Positions 1 to 14,873 of a stretch of 64,000 bases of DNA are shown one piece after another. The first letter of the stretch is position 1; each line of letters begins with the position of its first letter. Location: positions 15,686,001 to 15,750,000 of the forward strand of contig OX597814.1 in the NCBI GenBank assembly GCA_951406725.2, written 5' to 3'. A program made the translations under genes and the position numbers. The notes under the pieces are model-generated. The model made no database searches. It was not told the origin of the DNA and saw only the letters and a list, made by a program, of their open reading frames with translations. Source of the stretch: Octopus vulgaris (Eukaryota).

Positions 1-51
<51 letters not shown>

Positions 52-507
52 TTATATTTATATGTGGATATTTATATATATACACACACATATACACATA
101 CACACATAAATACATATATATGTGTGTGTGTGTATCATATATATATAGACAGACAGATAGATAGATGGATAGATAGATAGATAATTATTTTTAAATCTCA
201 ATCTCTAATATGAAATCTCTCCTGTTTACTCTTCAGTTCAGACGCGCGCGCGCCCAAATACATTCATACACACATACATACACATACACACACATACACA
301 CACATACACACATAAATACATACATCCATACATCCACACATACATATACATACACATACATAAACACATACACACATACACACACATACACATACATACA
401 TACATACATACATACATACATACATACATACACACATACACACACACACACATACATACATACATACATACATACATACATACATACATACATACATACA
501 TACACAA
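1..507. repeat. Compound microsatellites (TA, GATA, CA/TACA)
   Basis: Directly visible. Confidence 0.95.
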
Positions 508-854
508 CTGATTGATTTACTGGTTGATTTACTGATTGTTTCATAATTAACCATCGATAACATTCCATGTTTACCGCTGAATAGTCAGCTGGCGATTGGA
601 TATTGAATTTTAAATGATATATTATACCAAATTATAAATTATGATCGATTTTGTCACAAATTGGCAAATGCGAAGGTGGTTGAAGACATCGCATCTTTCA
701 TCCCGTTTCACACGACATTTCGGATATACATGAGTAAAGCGAACATTTTCCACGCATGAATGAAAATTTAATTACGTACTCCGATTACCTTGGATTTTTC
801 TTCTATAAACTATTAATGCAATTTTGTTTTATTAACTTCGGTTAATATTGATTT

Positions 855-1269
855 ACTCTTTTACTCTTTTCTTTTTTACTTGTTTCAGTCATTTGACTGC
901 GGCCATGCTGGAGCACCGCCTTTAATCGAGCAACTCAACCCCGGGACTTATTCTTTTAAATCCCAGTACTTATTATATCGGTCTCTTTTACCGAACCGCT
1001 AAGTGACGGGGATATAAACACACCAGCATCGGTTGTCAAGCAATGCTAGTGGGACAAACACAGACACACAAACATACACACACACATATATATATACATA
1101 TATCCGACAGGCTTCTTTCAGTTTCCGTCCACCAAATCCACTCACAAGGCATTGGTCGGCCCGAGGCTATAGCAGAAGACACTTGCCCAAGGTGCCACGC
1201 AGTGGGACTGAACCCGGAACTATGTGGTTGGTAAGCAAGCTACTTACCACACAGCCACTCCTGCGCCTA
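855..1269 (-). mobile_element. SINE family A (tRNA head, CORE-like box, internal TA/TG microsatellite)
   Basis: Head aggcgcaggagtggctgtgtgg (A box), ggttcagtccc (B box), accttgggcaagt; tail (gtaaaaga)n. About 20 copies in the window. Confidence 0.85.
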
Positions 1270-2690
1270 TTTGTATAAAAAAAAAACACAGGAGTATAAA
1301 TTTAATAAGAAGGATACCATTCGATTATATAGGCTGTAATATTTTGCTAGTATTCATTTTATCGATCTCAGGACCATGAAAGTCAATGTCGCTCATAGCG
1401 AGATATGAACTTCGAACGTAAAGAGACGTAATTTAATAACGCATATGGTTTTCGGCTACTGCTCTCCCGATTCTGCTGATCTATCCTTCTTCGGTGAAAT
1501 ATTGATTTCAAATTTGACACAAGGCCAGCACATTCGGGGGAGCAGGTAAATCGATTACATCAGTCCCAGTGTTCAACTGATATTAATTTTAGTATGAAAG
1601 GCCGCATTTGAACTGAGGACTTGAAGTCGAAAAAAAATGTCGATAACCATGTTTCCGCTACGCTAACGATTCTGCTAGTTCGCCGTCTTCTTCGGTGAAA
1701 TGTAAAGTCGCAAGAAACGAAGATCAGCGTATACAGCTTGATGTTACAATAATCTACTCCTTACTCTTTACTCTCTTAATATTTCAGTCAGTTGACTGCG
1801 GCCATGGTGGAGCACCGCCTTTAGTCGAGCAAATCGACCCCGGGACTTATTCCTTGTAAGCCTAGTACTTATTCTATCGGTCTCTTTTGCCGAACCGCTA
1901 AGTTACGGGGACGTAAACACACCACAATCGATTGTCAAGCGATGGTGGTGGGCAAACACAGACACACAAACATATACTCACACATACATATATACATACA
2001 TATACATACATACATGCATACGTTTCTGCCAGCTCGCCGCCTGTATATACTGCTCGCATGTGACCGGTATCAGAACACGACTAGAATCGTTATTTTTTTA
2101 TGTTTTATTTTTTCTTAGTTTATTCAAGCACGCTTACGTCCGAATGGATTGTACTGATATGTAAGAAAATGAAGATTTTGAAACTGAAGGAGTACAGCCT
2201 TTCAATCAAGCATTTATTTTCTCAAGCCCTGTACGCATTCATTTGGACAATGTCTGCCTAATTTAGACTCTTACTTGATAAGACTTAATATATCTAGTGG
2301 ATGAGTTTCCCCAAAAACCCCTCCATACAAACATTTCTAACATCTCATAGACTTCATAAACAATAATTTATTACTGATATAGTTGTTGTAGATAATATAT
2401 ATTAATCACTTTATTTATTTTGGGCTACACTAAAATTATGGGTTTTAAGAATATTTGCCCTTATCCCACCCGTGAAACTTCGTTTATGCTTCAAAGAAGC
2501 CCGCCTTGGCAAACGAGTTTGATTTCTTTGCTTTTGTATACCGACGATAATCTTTACGCAAGTTGTGATATTATATTTCACGAAGTTTTAGCCGTGTTGT
2601 TTATCTGAGACCTGACAACACTTGTTTACAATTAGATACAGGAATGATGACAATTGATTTGATATTTAATTGCTAACAAAAATTAATATC

Positions 2691-3105
2691 TATTTCTTTA
2701 TTACCCACAAGGGGCTAAACACAGGGAGGACAAACAAGGACAGACAAACGGATTAAGTCAATTACATCGACCCCGAGCGTAACTCGTACTTATTTAATCG
2801 ACCCCGAAAGAATGAAAGGCAAAGTCGACCTCGGCGGAATTTGAACTCAGAACGTAGCGGCAGACGAAATACCTATTTCTTTATTACCCACAAGGGGCTA
2901 AACATAGAGGGGACAAACAAGGACAGACAAACGGATTAAGTCGATTACATCGACCCCAGTGTGTAACTGGTACTTAATTTATCGACCCCGAAAGGATGAA
3001 AGGCAAAGTCGACCTCGGCGGAATTCGAACCCAGAACGTAACGGCAGACGAAATACCGCTAAGCATTTCGTCCGGCGTGCTAACGTTTCTGCCAGCTCGC
3101 CGCCT
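2691..3105 (-). mobile_element. SINE family C (Meta-domain-like) with tandem partial duplication
   Basis: Core gcctttcatcctttcggggtcgataaa..agtaccag occurs twice. 17-bp target-site duplication taacaaaaattaatatc. Confidence 0.85.
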
Positions 3106-3519
3106 TAACAAAAATTAATATCATGATATTTTACTTTTAAACCATATGTCGCCAATGGGAAATTTGAAAAGTTATGTGATATACATTCATCAAAGGTACC
3201 ATTTTGCTTTTTCATTTATTTTTGAGAGACAGGATTTGTTAGCAAGTCATTGGGTCAACTGAAAGGCAAATATCTTTAAAATTACTCCAGTCTATTTCCA
3301 GTGTAATTGTCTTTTAGGAGACACGGAAATATGTTTGAATGGCCGAGGTCCCCATTACAAACGAATATTTTCTCGAACTCAAGTAGCAAAACTTCTCGAA
3401 AAAAGTCCATAAATTTTCATTAAGTATTATCAATCATCAAGGTGGCATGTCAGAATGTAGTTAATATGAAAGATTCACTAGAGAGTATTCGGGGTAAATT
3501 ACAGCTACCTGGAATAGAA

Positions 3520-3904
3520 TGGAAGCACTCCGTCGGTTACGACGACGAGGGATCCGGTTGATCCGAATCAACAGAACAGCCTGCTCGTGAAATTAACGTG
3601 TAAGTGGCTGAGCACTCCACAGACACGTGTACCCTTAACGTAGTTCTCGGGGATATTCAGCGTGACACAGAGAGTGACAAGGCCGGTCCTTTGAAATACA
3701 GGTACAACAGGAACAGGAAGTAAGAGTGAGAGAAAGTTGTGGTGAAAGAGTACAGCAGGGATCACCACCATCCCCTGCCCGAGCCTCGTGGAGCTTTAGG
3801 TGTTTTCGCTCAATAAACACTCACAAGGCCCGGTCTGGGAATCGAAACCGCGATCCTATAACCGCGAGTCCGCTGCCCTAACCACTGGGCCATTGCGCTT
3901 CCAC
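3520..3904 (-). mobile_element. SINE family B (tRNA-derived, resembles octopus OR-type SINEs), tail type 1
   Basis: Head gtggaggcgcaatggcccagtgg..ggtttcgattccc; tail ..cgtaaccgacggagtgcttcca. Confidence 0.85.
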
Positions 3905-4071
3905 TACTACCTAAAATGAGCATCAACCGCATGAATCACATCAGTCTTGAACGGACTACGAAGACGGCTTGTTCTCTTGCTATAAAGGTGATCATTAATG
4001 TATTGACATCTGAAATTACACATTGTACAGTTAGCTTTCTCCACCCGCGAGCATCTTTTCAGTAAAATGAT

Positions 4072-4299
4072 ACTCTTTAACTCTTTTACTTGATTCAGTC
4101 ATTTGACTACTGTGTCCATGTTGGAGCACCGCCTTTAGTCGAGCAAATCGACTCCCAGAACTTATTCTTTGTAAGCCTAGTACTTATTCTATCGGTCACT
4201 TTGCCGAACCGCTAAGTTACGGGGACGTAACACACCAGCATCGGTTGTCAAGCGATGTTGGGAGGACAAACACAGACATACAAACGCATACACACACAC

Positions 4300-4372
<73 letters not shown>

Positions 4373-4530
4373 TACGACGGGCTTCTTTCAGTTTCCGTCT
4401 ACCAAATCCACTCACAAAGCCTTGTTCGGCCCGAGGCTATAATAGTAGACACTTGCCCATGGTGCCACGCGGTGGGACTGAACCCGGAACCATGTGGTTG
4501 GTAAGCAAACTACTTACCACACAGCCACAG
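4072..4530 (-). mobile_element. SINE family A
   Basis: Homologous to 855-1269. Confidence 0.85.
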
Positions 4531-4682
4531 CCGGAAGTTGAAATCATGGCATTTTTACATTAATGCATACTTTATAACCCTGTTACCATTATAAATGACC
4601 TGATACTATGCACCAACTAGTAACCTTAATATGGTCGCTTGGTTTACTAAATCTAAAATTTAAAGACATTTTTTATATTACA

Positions 4683-5081
4683 CTAGCAGTATCGCCCGGC
4701 GTTGCTCGGGTTTGTAAGGGAAATAACTATATTAGCATTTTTAGAGAGTTATAGCCAAAAAATAGCAAAAAAAAAATGCATTAAAAATGGAAAAAAATTA
4801 TGGTAATTTTTTTTTTTAATCGTTGACTCATCGTAGACATTTTTAGAGAGTTACTTCCCTTATATAATAGCGAAAAAAATGCATTAAAATGGAAAAAAAT
4901 GATGGTAAATTATTTTAAATCGTAGACTCATCGTAGACGCGCGCTAATACCCAGAAGGGCTCGATATGAATCATGACTATAAGATACCCGGTTTTGGTTA
5001 AACTGCACCGCAAAATGTGGGAGTAGTTAGGAATCTAAATCTTAGGAGACAGACACACAACCTCTCTTTTATATATAAAGA
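4683..5081 (-). mobile_element. Non-autonomous Helitron
   Basis: Minus strand: A|TCTTTATATATAAAA...CCCG-agcaacgc-CGGG..CTAG|T, i.e. 5' TC, subterminal hairpin, 3' CTAG and an A|T insertion site. Three copies in the window. Confidence 0.8.
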
Positions 5082-8000
5082 TTACATTTCATGTGGTGGA
5101 TAATGTATTTTTAGATACACTGTATGAAAATTAATGTCTGGGTCGTCATGCCAAGACTATTTCGATAGATTTAATAGAATTACTCCTTTGCAAGCGTTAC
5201 GAATAAACCCCATTTCCTTCCTCGCAAATGTATTCCCCGCTGACATTGACTTGTCGATATAGAATCTCATCATTGTCAGATGGTGATATTCTACACCTGC
5301 CTTCGTTAAGAGCACTAATTCAACTCGTTTCAGAAAAAGCGCCAGCGAAAAGGAAACTGTACCATCAGTAAATTGAAACCGTATCTCTTATTTAGGTCAT
5401 TCCTAATTTTTATTTGTCACTATAACATTATCAAATAAATAATTACTTGAATTTGTTAAAAAGAAAAAAAAGATGCTGTAAGTAAAGATAAAAGTCATAA
5501 AATGAAACTTTGACAAACCTTGTTAATAAATAAATAAATAAATAGATGGGAAAAAATCACTAAAAAGTACTAATGCAACAATATCTCCAATGTTCTTTGA
5601 AATTTTCACAATTAAAAGTCATAAATTAATTAATTAACGAAATACTTTTAATTTGTTTCTTTCTATTCTTGGATTTTTTTCGACATATTTTCTTTTTTTC
5701 TTTTCATATTTTCTTTTTTCTTTTCATTTTCTTTCCGGTCTTTTGTTTTAATTATTTATATTCATTGCCCCTGTTGTTGTTGTTGATGATGATGTTGATG
5801 TGGTTGCTGCTGCTGCTGCTGATGGTGATGGTGGTGGTGGTGGTGGTGGTTTTGGTGGTGATGGTGATGGTGATGAGGATGTTCGTTTTGAGGAAAAAGT
5901 TAATTGAGTTGAAAGTAACTCTTAAAGATGCACTTGTTTTGTTTGTTTTTTTTGCAAAACCGAAAATGACAAGTACAAAGATAAATAAAACAAATATATA
6001 TAATAATAATAAAAAAATAGATTTTTTTTTCATAATCCTTTCATCATAAGTTGAACAATACAATAGCTAACAGCAATAACAATAAATATTAATAAAAATA
6101 AATATCGGTTTTGGTTTGATCTGACCATCAGCTCTACGTATCATGGCTCAGTACGTGTGAAAGAAACGAACACAAATTTTCTTTAGGTTATTTCCAATCG
6201 TTTTTGAAAGGGTGATGCAAAGTTTGTAGTGTAAAAGTGGTGCAAATATGATATTGCTATCTTCATTTATTATATAAAATCCGTTCTGTCTGTGTGTGTG
6301 TGTGTGTCTTCTAGGATCTCGGGCATCCTCCATCCGATTGCGCTCATAGTAACTCTTAAAGATGCACTTGTAATTTGCAAAACCGAAAATGACAAGTACA
6401 AATATAAATATAACAAATATATATAATAATGATATATATATATATAATAATATACAAATATATATAATAATATGTAGATACCGACGGTATCAGGGCGTGT
6501 ATAAGTCTTGAAAAAATTACAAAAATCGAACCCAGGTGATAATGCGATCGATAAAGCCATGGGAACGTGCATTTATACGCGCAAGTACATCAGCTGTTAC
6601 GACCGATACTACGCGTACGCCAGACAAATGCACGTGCAGTTTGCGCAAAAAAAGCCGGCTGACTTGAAAGAATGTCACAAAGTGCAGTATATTTAGGAGA
6701 CCAAAAAACGTAAGATGCGAAAGAGATATTTTCTTCAAACTTAGCATGAAGGAAGGAAAGACTATTTGGTTTCTCAAGAAGTTTTTTTGCCTTAACTTAG
6801 TTTAACAAAACCAAAAATTTTATTGAAATAAATGCATGCTTAATTATTTTTTTAATGAAAAGAAAACACTGATTGCTTTTTATTCAGCAGATATGATTCA
6901 GCAGCGTCCATTGGACGGGGGGTGCTTTGCTCGTATTTATATAATGAGGCTTGACAGTTTGGCCCAATCTAGGTAATATTCGACGAATTGCTTCATGGAG
7001 ATTAGCTATGACTAATGTTCCACCTTCAAATTCGTCACGTTGGTTTCGACATTCGTCCAGAAGTACGAAGTCGATAAAATGTATACCAGCTGGTAGAATC
7101 GTTCGCACGCCGGGAAACGTGCTTAGCGGCATTTCGTCCGTCTTTACGTTCTGAGTTCAATTTCCACCTTTCATCCTTCGAGTATCGATAAAAGGAGTCC
7201 CAGTTGAGCACTTACCCATGCCAGAAAATACTGGCCTTGTAGCAAAACTTTAAAACCAATATATACTCGCTGCATTCGATTGCGACTGCTATCATTACAC
7301 TTTAACGTGCACTGCTTCACATGGGTGTCAAGAATAACCAAATCTCATAATGTCAACCACTGTAGACAAGCATTCTAACTGGCTGGGTGATTTAGCTTTT
7401 ATCTACTTAATTATATAACTGTAGAAACTCAGTGATAAGATATTATGAGCGCTTCTATGTTCCAACAGTATCTTTACTCTGTGTTTTGCATAGTGAAACA
7501 GCCATCCACTTTCTGCAGCCTTCCAAGTTAATCAAATCTAGTTTAATATAATCCTGAAACAGAAATTACTAAATCAGTCGATATACAACCAATAGTTTTT
7601 AAATTTTTCCTTTTTCTTTTCTGTTTTGGTCGGTTGTTTTAAATTACCTAATCATCATATTCGCATTCACTTGATGGTGACATTTGTTTACTACTAAGAA
7701 GTAATTTTATCTCACGCAACAATAAAAAATGGTAATTGAAACATTCAAATTTCTCTTTTTCTCTTCCACTCTTGCCCTATCTAATTTGCTGTCTCTTTGC
7801 CTCTTTCTCTTTCTTATTCTTAGTCTCTCCATCGTTTTTTCTCATTCTTTTTTTAGCAGGCATTTTGGATATTGGATATATCAATTACGATTTCTTAACC
7901 CTTGGAGAATATAATAAACATGCTATAGCGCAAGTTAGGCTGACATGAACGTTTTTTTTTTTTAATTTTAATTTTACCGAACTGCACACATTTCCATCTC

Positions 8001-8329
8001 CAATGACTTAAAATTCGTTGGTGTGCATTCAATGAGGTATTTTTTCCTCGTTTATAGCCATTGTGTAGCAATGCTTCAGAGAAAATGCATTCAAACAATG
8101 TTTTGACACTTTATTGTTACTTGGCGCCACCAAACAACTCCGATTGATATAACTCATAGAAAAATCAACAAATCTCTGTTGTTAAAATCCAATGTTTTCA
8201 TTTGTGTCTATTTGCTACTTTACGAAACCAAACATGTATTATTATATATAGCAACTAGAAGTCCGTGGATGCCGGCAGCAGTAAAAGCTTCAGACATAGA
8301 TAGATATACGAATTATGTGTGTGTGTATG

Positions 8330-8360
<31 letters not shown>

Positions 8361-8483
8361 GCATGTATGTATATATGTACAATCTTTGTATGTATTTGAA
8401 TACACGTAAATACACATGCTCGAACAGACATAAGTACATACATAAATATATACAAAATAAAGCTACATACACACACGCGTGCG

Positions 8484-8521
<38 letters not shown>

Positions 8522-8638
8522 TACATGCATACATATACGCAGAAGGAAGAAACTAGAAGGTAATTAGATATAGTTGCAATTATCCAGCTAAATAAAATGC
8601 AAAAAGAATGCGATTTTATGGAAATGCCCGAAAAATCC

Positions 8639-8734
<96 letters not shown>

Positions 8735-8780
8735 TGTGTCTGGGGAGAGTCATTCTCTTTTAGTACCTTATACACACACA

Positions 8781-8831
<51 letters not shown>

Positions 8832-8932
8832 TTAATCATATCAAAGGGAAATGGAAAGTATTTATAATTTTCCTTTCCAGTGGCCTAACGAGTAAAAATT
8901 TAGTCCAAAGACTATGTATTAGTCATAAAATA

Positions 8933-9161
8933 CAGTGTACACTTAAAAACATGAGGAATCTACTCGTGTGATTCAACACGCTAGAAAGAACAGCTAGGTT
9001 CCATAACCACAAAATTAGGGATAAAATTCGACAGGAACGAAATGAAAAAATAAAATCATTTTACCATCTAGCTTCCTGGACCAATTTTGTGGTTATGGAA
9101 CCTAGCTGTTCTTTCTAGCGAGTTGAATCCCATGAGTGGATTCCTCATGTGTTTAAATGAA

Positions 9162-9166
<5 letters not shown>
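8933..9166. mobile_element. MITE-like element with ~84-bp terminal inverted repeats and TA flanks (Tc1/mariner-like)
   Basis: 8933-9016 and 9083-9166 are imperfect inverted repeats. Starts ta|CAGTG and ends CACTA|ta. Confidence 0.6.
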
Positions 9167-9204
<38 letters not shown>

Positions 9205-9212
<8 letters not shown>

Positions 9213-9485
9213 TGAAGTTGTGTGTCTGTCTCCTACGATTTAGATTCCTTACTCCCACATTTTGCGGTGCAGTTTAACCAAAAGCGAGTATCTTATAGTC
9301 GTTATTCATATCGAGCCCTTCTGGTTATTAGCGCACGTCTACGATGAGTCTACGATTTTAAAAAAATTTACCATCATTTTTTCCCATTTTAATGCATTTT
9401 TTCTATTATATAAGGGAAGTAACTCTCTAAAAATGCTTATATAGTTATTTCCCTAAACCCGAGCAACGCCGGGCGATACTGCTAG
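9205..9485 (+). mobile_element. Non-autonomous Helitron, shorter copy
   Basis: Same sequence as 4683-5081, ending cccgagcaacgccgggcgatactgCTAG|t. Confidence 0.78.
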
Positions 9486-9523
<38 letters not shown>

Positions 9524-9579
9524 ATTTGGTATTATATGATATGATTTGTTATGATATGATATGATATGGCATGATATCA

Positions 9580-11800
9580 ACACATTTAGATTCACATTCG
9601 GGTATGGTGCAGGTGAGAAGTTGTCGGAATTAGCATGTAGAAAGAACATTAACGAACAGCTTTGGAATGAACAACTCCTTGCAATCGCAAAAAATAAAAT
9701 GATTTGCAAGTTTCACTATGCTAATCTAATCCATGTACTGACGTTCCATAGATTACCAGTACGCTCCTAAATCCAATGATAATCACTGGCAACGAGAGCT
9801 GTTCTGTGATATCTCGGAGTTGCTGCTTAAGAGATTGTTTGAAGGCTGTAAATGTATGATGGCAGACAGAATTACGTTTCTTCGGCAGCTGCTTCAGCGC
9901 CTGAGTAGTCTTTTTTCCGTAAGGTCCACTTTGCCCACACTGCATGAGTAAATGACGAGAAAAAGTGCCTCGAATGTAGCCTGTCTGAGTCCCCCTAATG
10001 GATTTCTTCATTCGGATGCGTCACTTTATGCAGACGAAAGAAATAATACATTAAAAAAATTTCAATCTTTTGATGTTCTGATGCTTATTGATGAGTCGAA
10101 TAACCTTCGGTAAACGACAGGCAGCAGTCATTTCTAGTGAATGAAACGCTTAAATACGAACATTCATTGTAGTCATTGACGAAACAAATCTAATCGATAA
10201 GAGACAACAGAAGTAATATGGCGACACATACTTTCATTTTGAAAGTAATTCCTTCAGCAGAATGTCACTTACATGGTCTCCTTGATAGGTTACTGAATCA
10301 CCAACTGGCATCTATGAAATATTTATCATCGTGAGCTTATAGCTTGATGGTTTTATCAATTACCTGATAGATACCAGGCTAATACTCCCACACTTGTTGC
10401 AAATATGAAATCAAAGAGGATTTTATACTATATTAGACTGCGTTCTATCCAGAATGTGAAAATAAGATAAAGTTATTTGAAGGGTGACTTCACAGCCAGA
10501 GATGGCAAAGGCTGAATGGCACAAATGCAGGGATATGACGATGGAAAGGCTGACTCAAATTACGTCCCTGCTTCAAATTAAATATGAAGCATATGACATT
10601 CCAATTACCAACTCAGTATTCTCACAAGCAAACAATTTGAGTATTGCTGATAACACCCACGATCAAAGCAGTAAGCACCTTGAATGAATCAATTTAAAGA
10701 ATCCGCAATGACATGGGTGTGCATTTAATAGGTGTCGCTGACAATTAATTCTCGGGCCAACGAACTACTGATAAATGCGATGTAATGTGCAAATTCAACA
10801 AGCTCTAAGGTGACGTCGACACCGGAAATGACACCATTGGAATGTTACACTGAGTTTCAGACTCTAAAAAAAAAATAAGAATGATAGAACTTCATCAGAG
10901 TCTACTCGATACATTATCACCCATCTACCTTAAAATTGTGACAATGTTACTCTTTTAAGGTAGACATCTAAGCAGCTTATGAAGAGTTTCTGCGTTTTAC
11001 CTCAGAGATACATCAAGATGAGGTGATAAAATCAATGAGCAAATCAGCAGCTGACTGAAGGAATGGGAGCATCTTTCCATTCCTACCAAAATATGAGGAA
11101 TATCGAATGCAAATGAAAAACCTGCATTTCAGAAACATACACACGCAAAGGACAAATAAATTATGACAAGAGTTATTTCTTCTGTGAAGTTAAAGTATTA
11201 TATAGTCTTACTACAATAGAGCTAACAATTCTCATGTCTAAAGATGGTACACAATTTATAACAGAAGGCAAGCAGCTATTAACTGATGGAATTATCGTTT
11301 TGAAAACTTGTTTGATCGCGACGGTAAAACCAAAGAAAAATTTATAGATTATATTGCACAAAGACTTAAATATCAACAACTTAGCTCGCCACTTGATATC
11401 GCATAAGCCAAAACCTCAACCCGATCGCTAAAAAATAAATTGCGCGGATCCGACGATATTCTGTTTGTGATATGTTAAGTTTTGATATGAAGTATTACAA
11501 ATAAAGGAACACGTGATTTTCTTGCTAATCTGGACGTGAAAACAAATATAAAAGCTGAACTCAGACATATAGATATTTTCTTCAAGAAGGGAGACAAATT
11601 AAAGTGTGGCAACAAGAGAAGAAACTTGTTGGAATAAATGTCGCTAGAATCCTACTTAACTGGCTAAACCTACTATCGGAAATTCACCTACTAAAATTTC
11701 GACATAGTTTCGAGCTTCCAGGGGTAGTATCAATAAGGAATTCTGTACACGCCAGTTAGTGGGGGACACACCGTAAGCAACATGCTCCGCTATACAAGAC
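9580..11800 (+). pseudogene. Probable highly degraded hAT (Charlie/Buster-like) transposase relic
   Basis: Non-repetitive 2.2 kb with broken motifs in the expected order: LIDES (~10084), EEF..F (~10981), YQQL (~11371), GS..FDMKYYK (~11447-11500). No intact ORF or clear TIRs. Confidence 0.35.
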
Positions 11801-12004
11801 TAAAGCCATTATTGCAATCAATGCATAAATGGTGGCGTTCTGTAAAAGTGTAAAAGAATTTGGTAAAGCATAAAAATTCCTCGCAATCACGCTGCTTCTA
11901 CAACACAATACAAAATTCTTCTCGTCCAACATCAAGATATTGAAAATTTTCTGAATAGTATGTTGCATTTCTTTCACATTTTTCGATTACAAAACTTAAT
12001 ATTT

Positions 12005-12861
<857 letters not shown>

Positions 12862-13664
12862 TGCGTGTGCGTGTATGTGCGTATGTATGTGTGTATGTGT
12901 GTCGCTATACTTCAGTAATTTGGCATCTCTATGTATGTAATTTGGTTTTAAGCTAATCTTCTGTCTGCAATTCATGTTAATAAATTCTTGCAAATTGTTT
13001 TCAATTTAATCCTTTCTGTTCCTTTGGAATAAAAGTAAAAAGGCATAAATCTTTAAATATGAACTTAATGAGATAAATTTTCAATAATCAATTTTTGTGA
13101 GGGGAAATAATCGAATATTAATGTTTAAAGTTAATAAAATGAAATAGCAAACTGTTCATTTTTATCGAATCCTAATTCATATTTCTGGAAAACGAATATG
13201 AGAAATAAATGCAAGCAAAACAAGAAATAATTGGAATTTATATAAGAAGAAAAGGAAATTATTTTGCAATTTTGCACACAGCAGCCTATTCTCCTCATTG
13301 TTTACTTGCTTTTTGTACAATTTTAGCGAATATTAATAATTTATTTGCCAAATAATAATTTCAGTTTCGTCTTTATGCAAAGAAAATAAACCGTTAAATT
13401 TCAGCTGACTTCCTTAATTAATATGAATGGTCTTTAAGAAATAAAAATAAATTTAAAGACAAAGTAATATGAAAATATAAAAATATCGATTTCAATATTT
13501 TTGACAAGGTACTGGACTTTGCGAGAAACTCGATTAAAAACTCACACCATCAAAAGAGAGAGAGAAAACACAGAAACCATGTATAGGAACGTTAATTCTG
13601 TCTCTGACAAAGTGTTTATTTTTGCATGAGTGTGGAATACAAAAGAATTAGCCCAAACACTCTA

Positions 13665-13986
13665 TCATGCATGCGCTGGTACGGACCTGTCCCCTGTCAC
13701 CCGCTAGAACATCCTATCAGAGCTTTACTCTCATTCGACGCAGCGGCTGTGGGCTGGAAGAGGCCTCGTGGTAGGCCCTGCACCAGATGGCTGGGCATGA
13801 TTGGGGAAGGTTTCCAGAAGCTCGGCGTCATCTTGGAGGATGCAGAAGAGTTGGCACGGGACAGACAGCGATGAAGAGCACCGGTCGGCTCTACGTATGC
13901 TGACGCTTCTGGGACCACTAACTTGGATTGACCCCAGCCTTATCAGGCCTGAAGCCACGATCCAGTCAGACTCTATCATGGACTAG
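13665..13986 (+). mobile_element. RTE-clade LINE 3' fragment
   Basis: RWYG..HP..GWKRPRGRPCTRW..AEELARDR, typical of the RTE ORF C-terminus. Confidence 0.7.
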
Positions 13987-14873
13987 CGATGAATTCTGTT
14001 TTCCTTTAGCCCCCAAATAGGCCTAATTCTGTAGATCTATTATCATTGAAGCAACATTACCATGTGTATCTTTATTTCCTTCTGATATAGTTTACTGAAT
14101 GTCTCCAATTTTGCGACAGACCGTTGGGTGTAATTTAAGTGTGTAATGTGTTAGAAACCAGCTTCGTCTTCTAAGGAAGGATTTAAATAATCGAAAACAG
14201 AAGACTAAGAGGGGCAGACTGGAAGACAGACAGATAGACACACACACACACACATGCACCCACATCACACACACATTTTTTTTTTCGGAAGGAGAATTAC
14301 TACTAGCTCTCGTAGAACATCCAAAACCCATTTGAAGAAATAGACACAGACAGACACACATGCACGGACAAAATACACACACACACAATCATTTTTCTTT
14401 CGCAGGTAAGATTACTTACTGACCCTAATGGAAGATTCAAAAAACCCTTTCAATGAACGGAGCTAGTTTAGGTAGAGTGGGTAATTGCACGGACGCTCCC
14501 TTCTTAACGCATCCAGCACAATTCTATGTAAATGAAACGTATCTTGTTTGCTCTTGGCATTCGTTGTACTAATTCTTATAATAGCGACTTAAACGTGTTA
14601 CCCCTACTATTTGGACTTGCGATGGGAACACTAAATAAAAGTTTTCGTGCACACTCTCCAGCGTAATTGAGGGTAGATTTGGCTGCTATTTTTACAATAT
14701 TAATTAACTGTATAGAGGGCATTGAATGAGTAATAAGTGTCCTAACCATAAACAGGACACTGTATTGGTGACAGGATACGAATCAACCAAATGACCTCTT
14801 AGCATATCCACTCCGTCCATTGTAGACTAAAAGGTTAGTAACTGGTCAACTTAATGTTAAATATTAGTTCCTC

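Noticed and set aside
210-568. ORFs rich in YI, HT, VC or poly-L/I/S here and throughout (e.g. 5669-6049, 22181-22480, 60682-61194)
   Set aside because: They are translations of microsatellites, not genes.
1033-1278. Recurrent ORFs such as [24 protein letters not shown] and MFIERKHLKLH
   Set aside because: They are chance frames in multicopy SINE families A and B.
10843-10902. Minus-strand CTGATGA...GAAAC-tcagt-GTA hammerhead-like spacing
   Set aside because: No stem I pairing and a poor stem II; probably chance.
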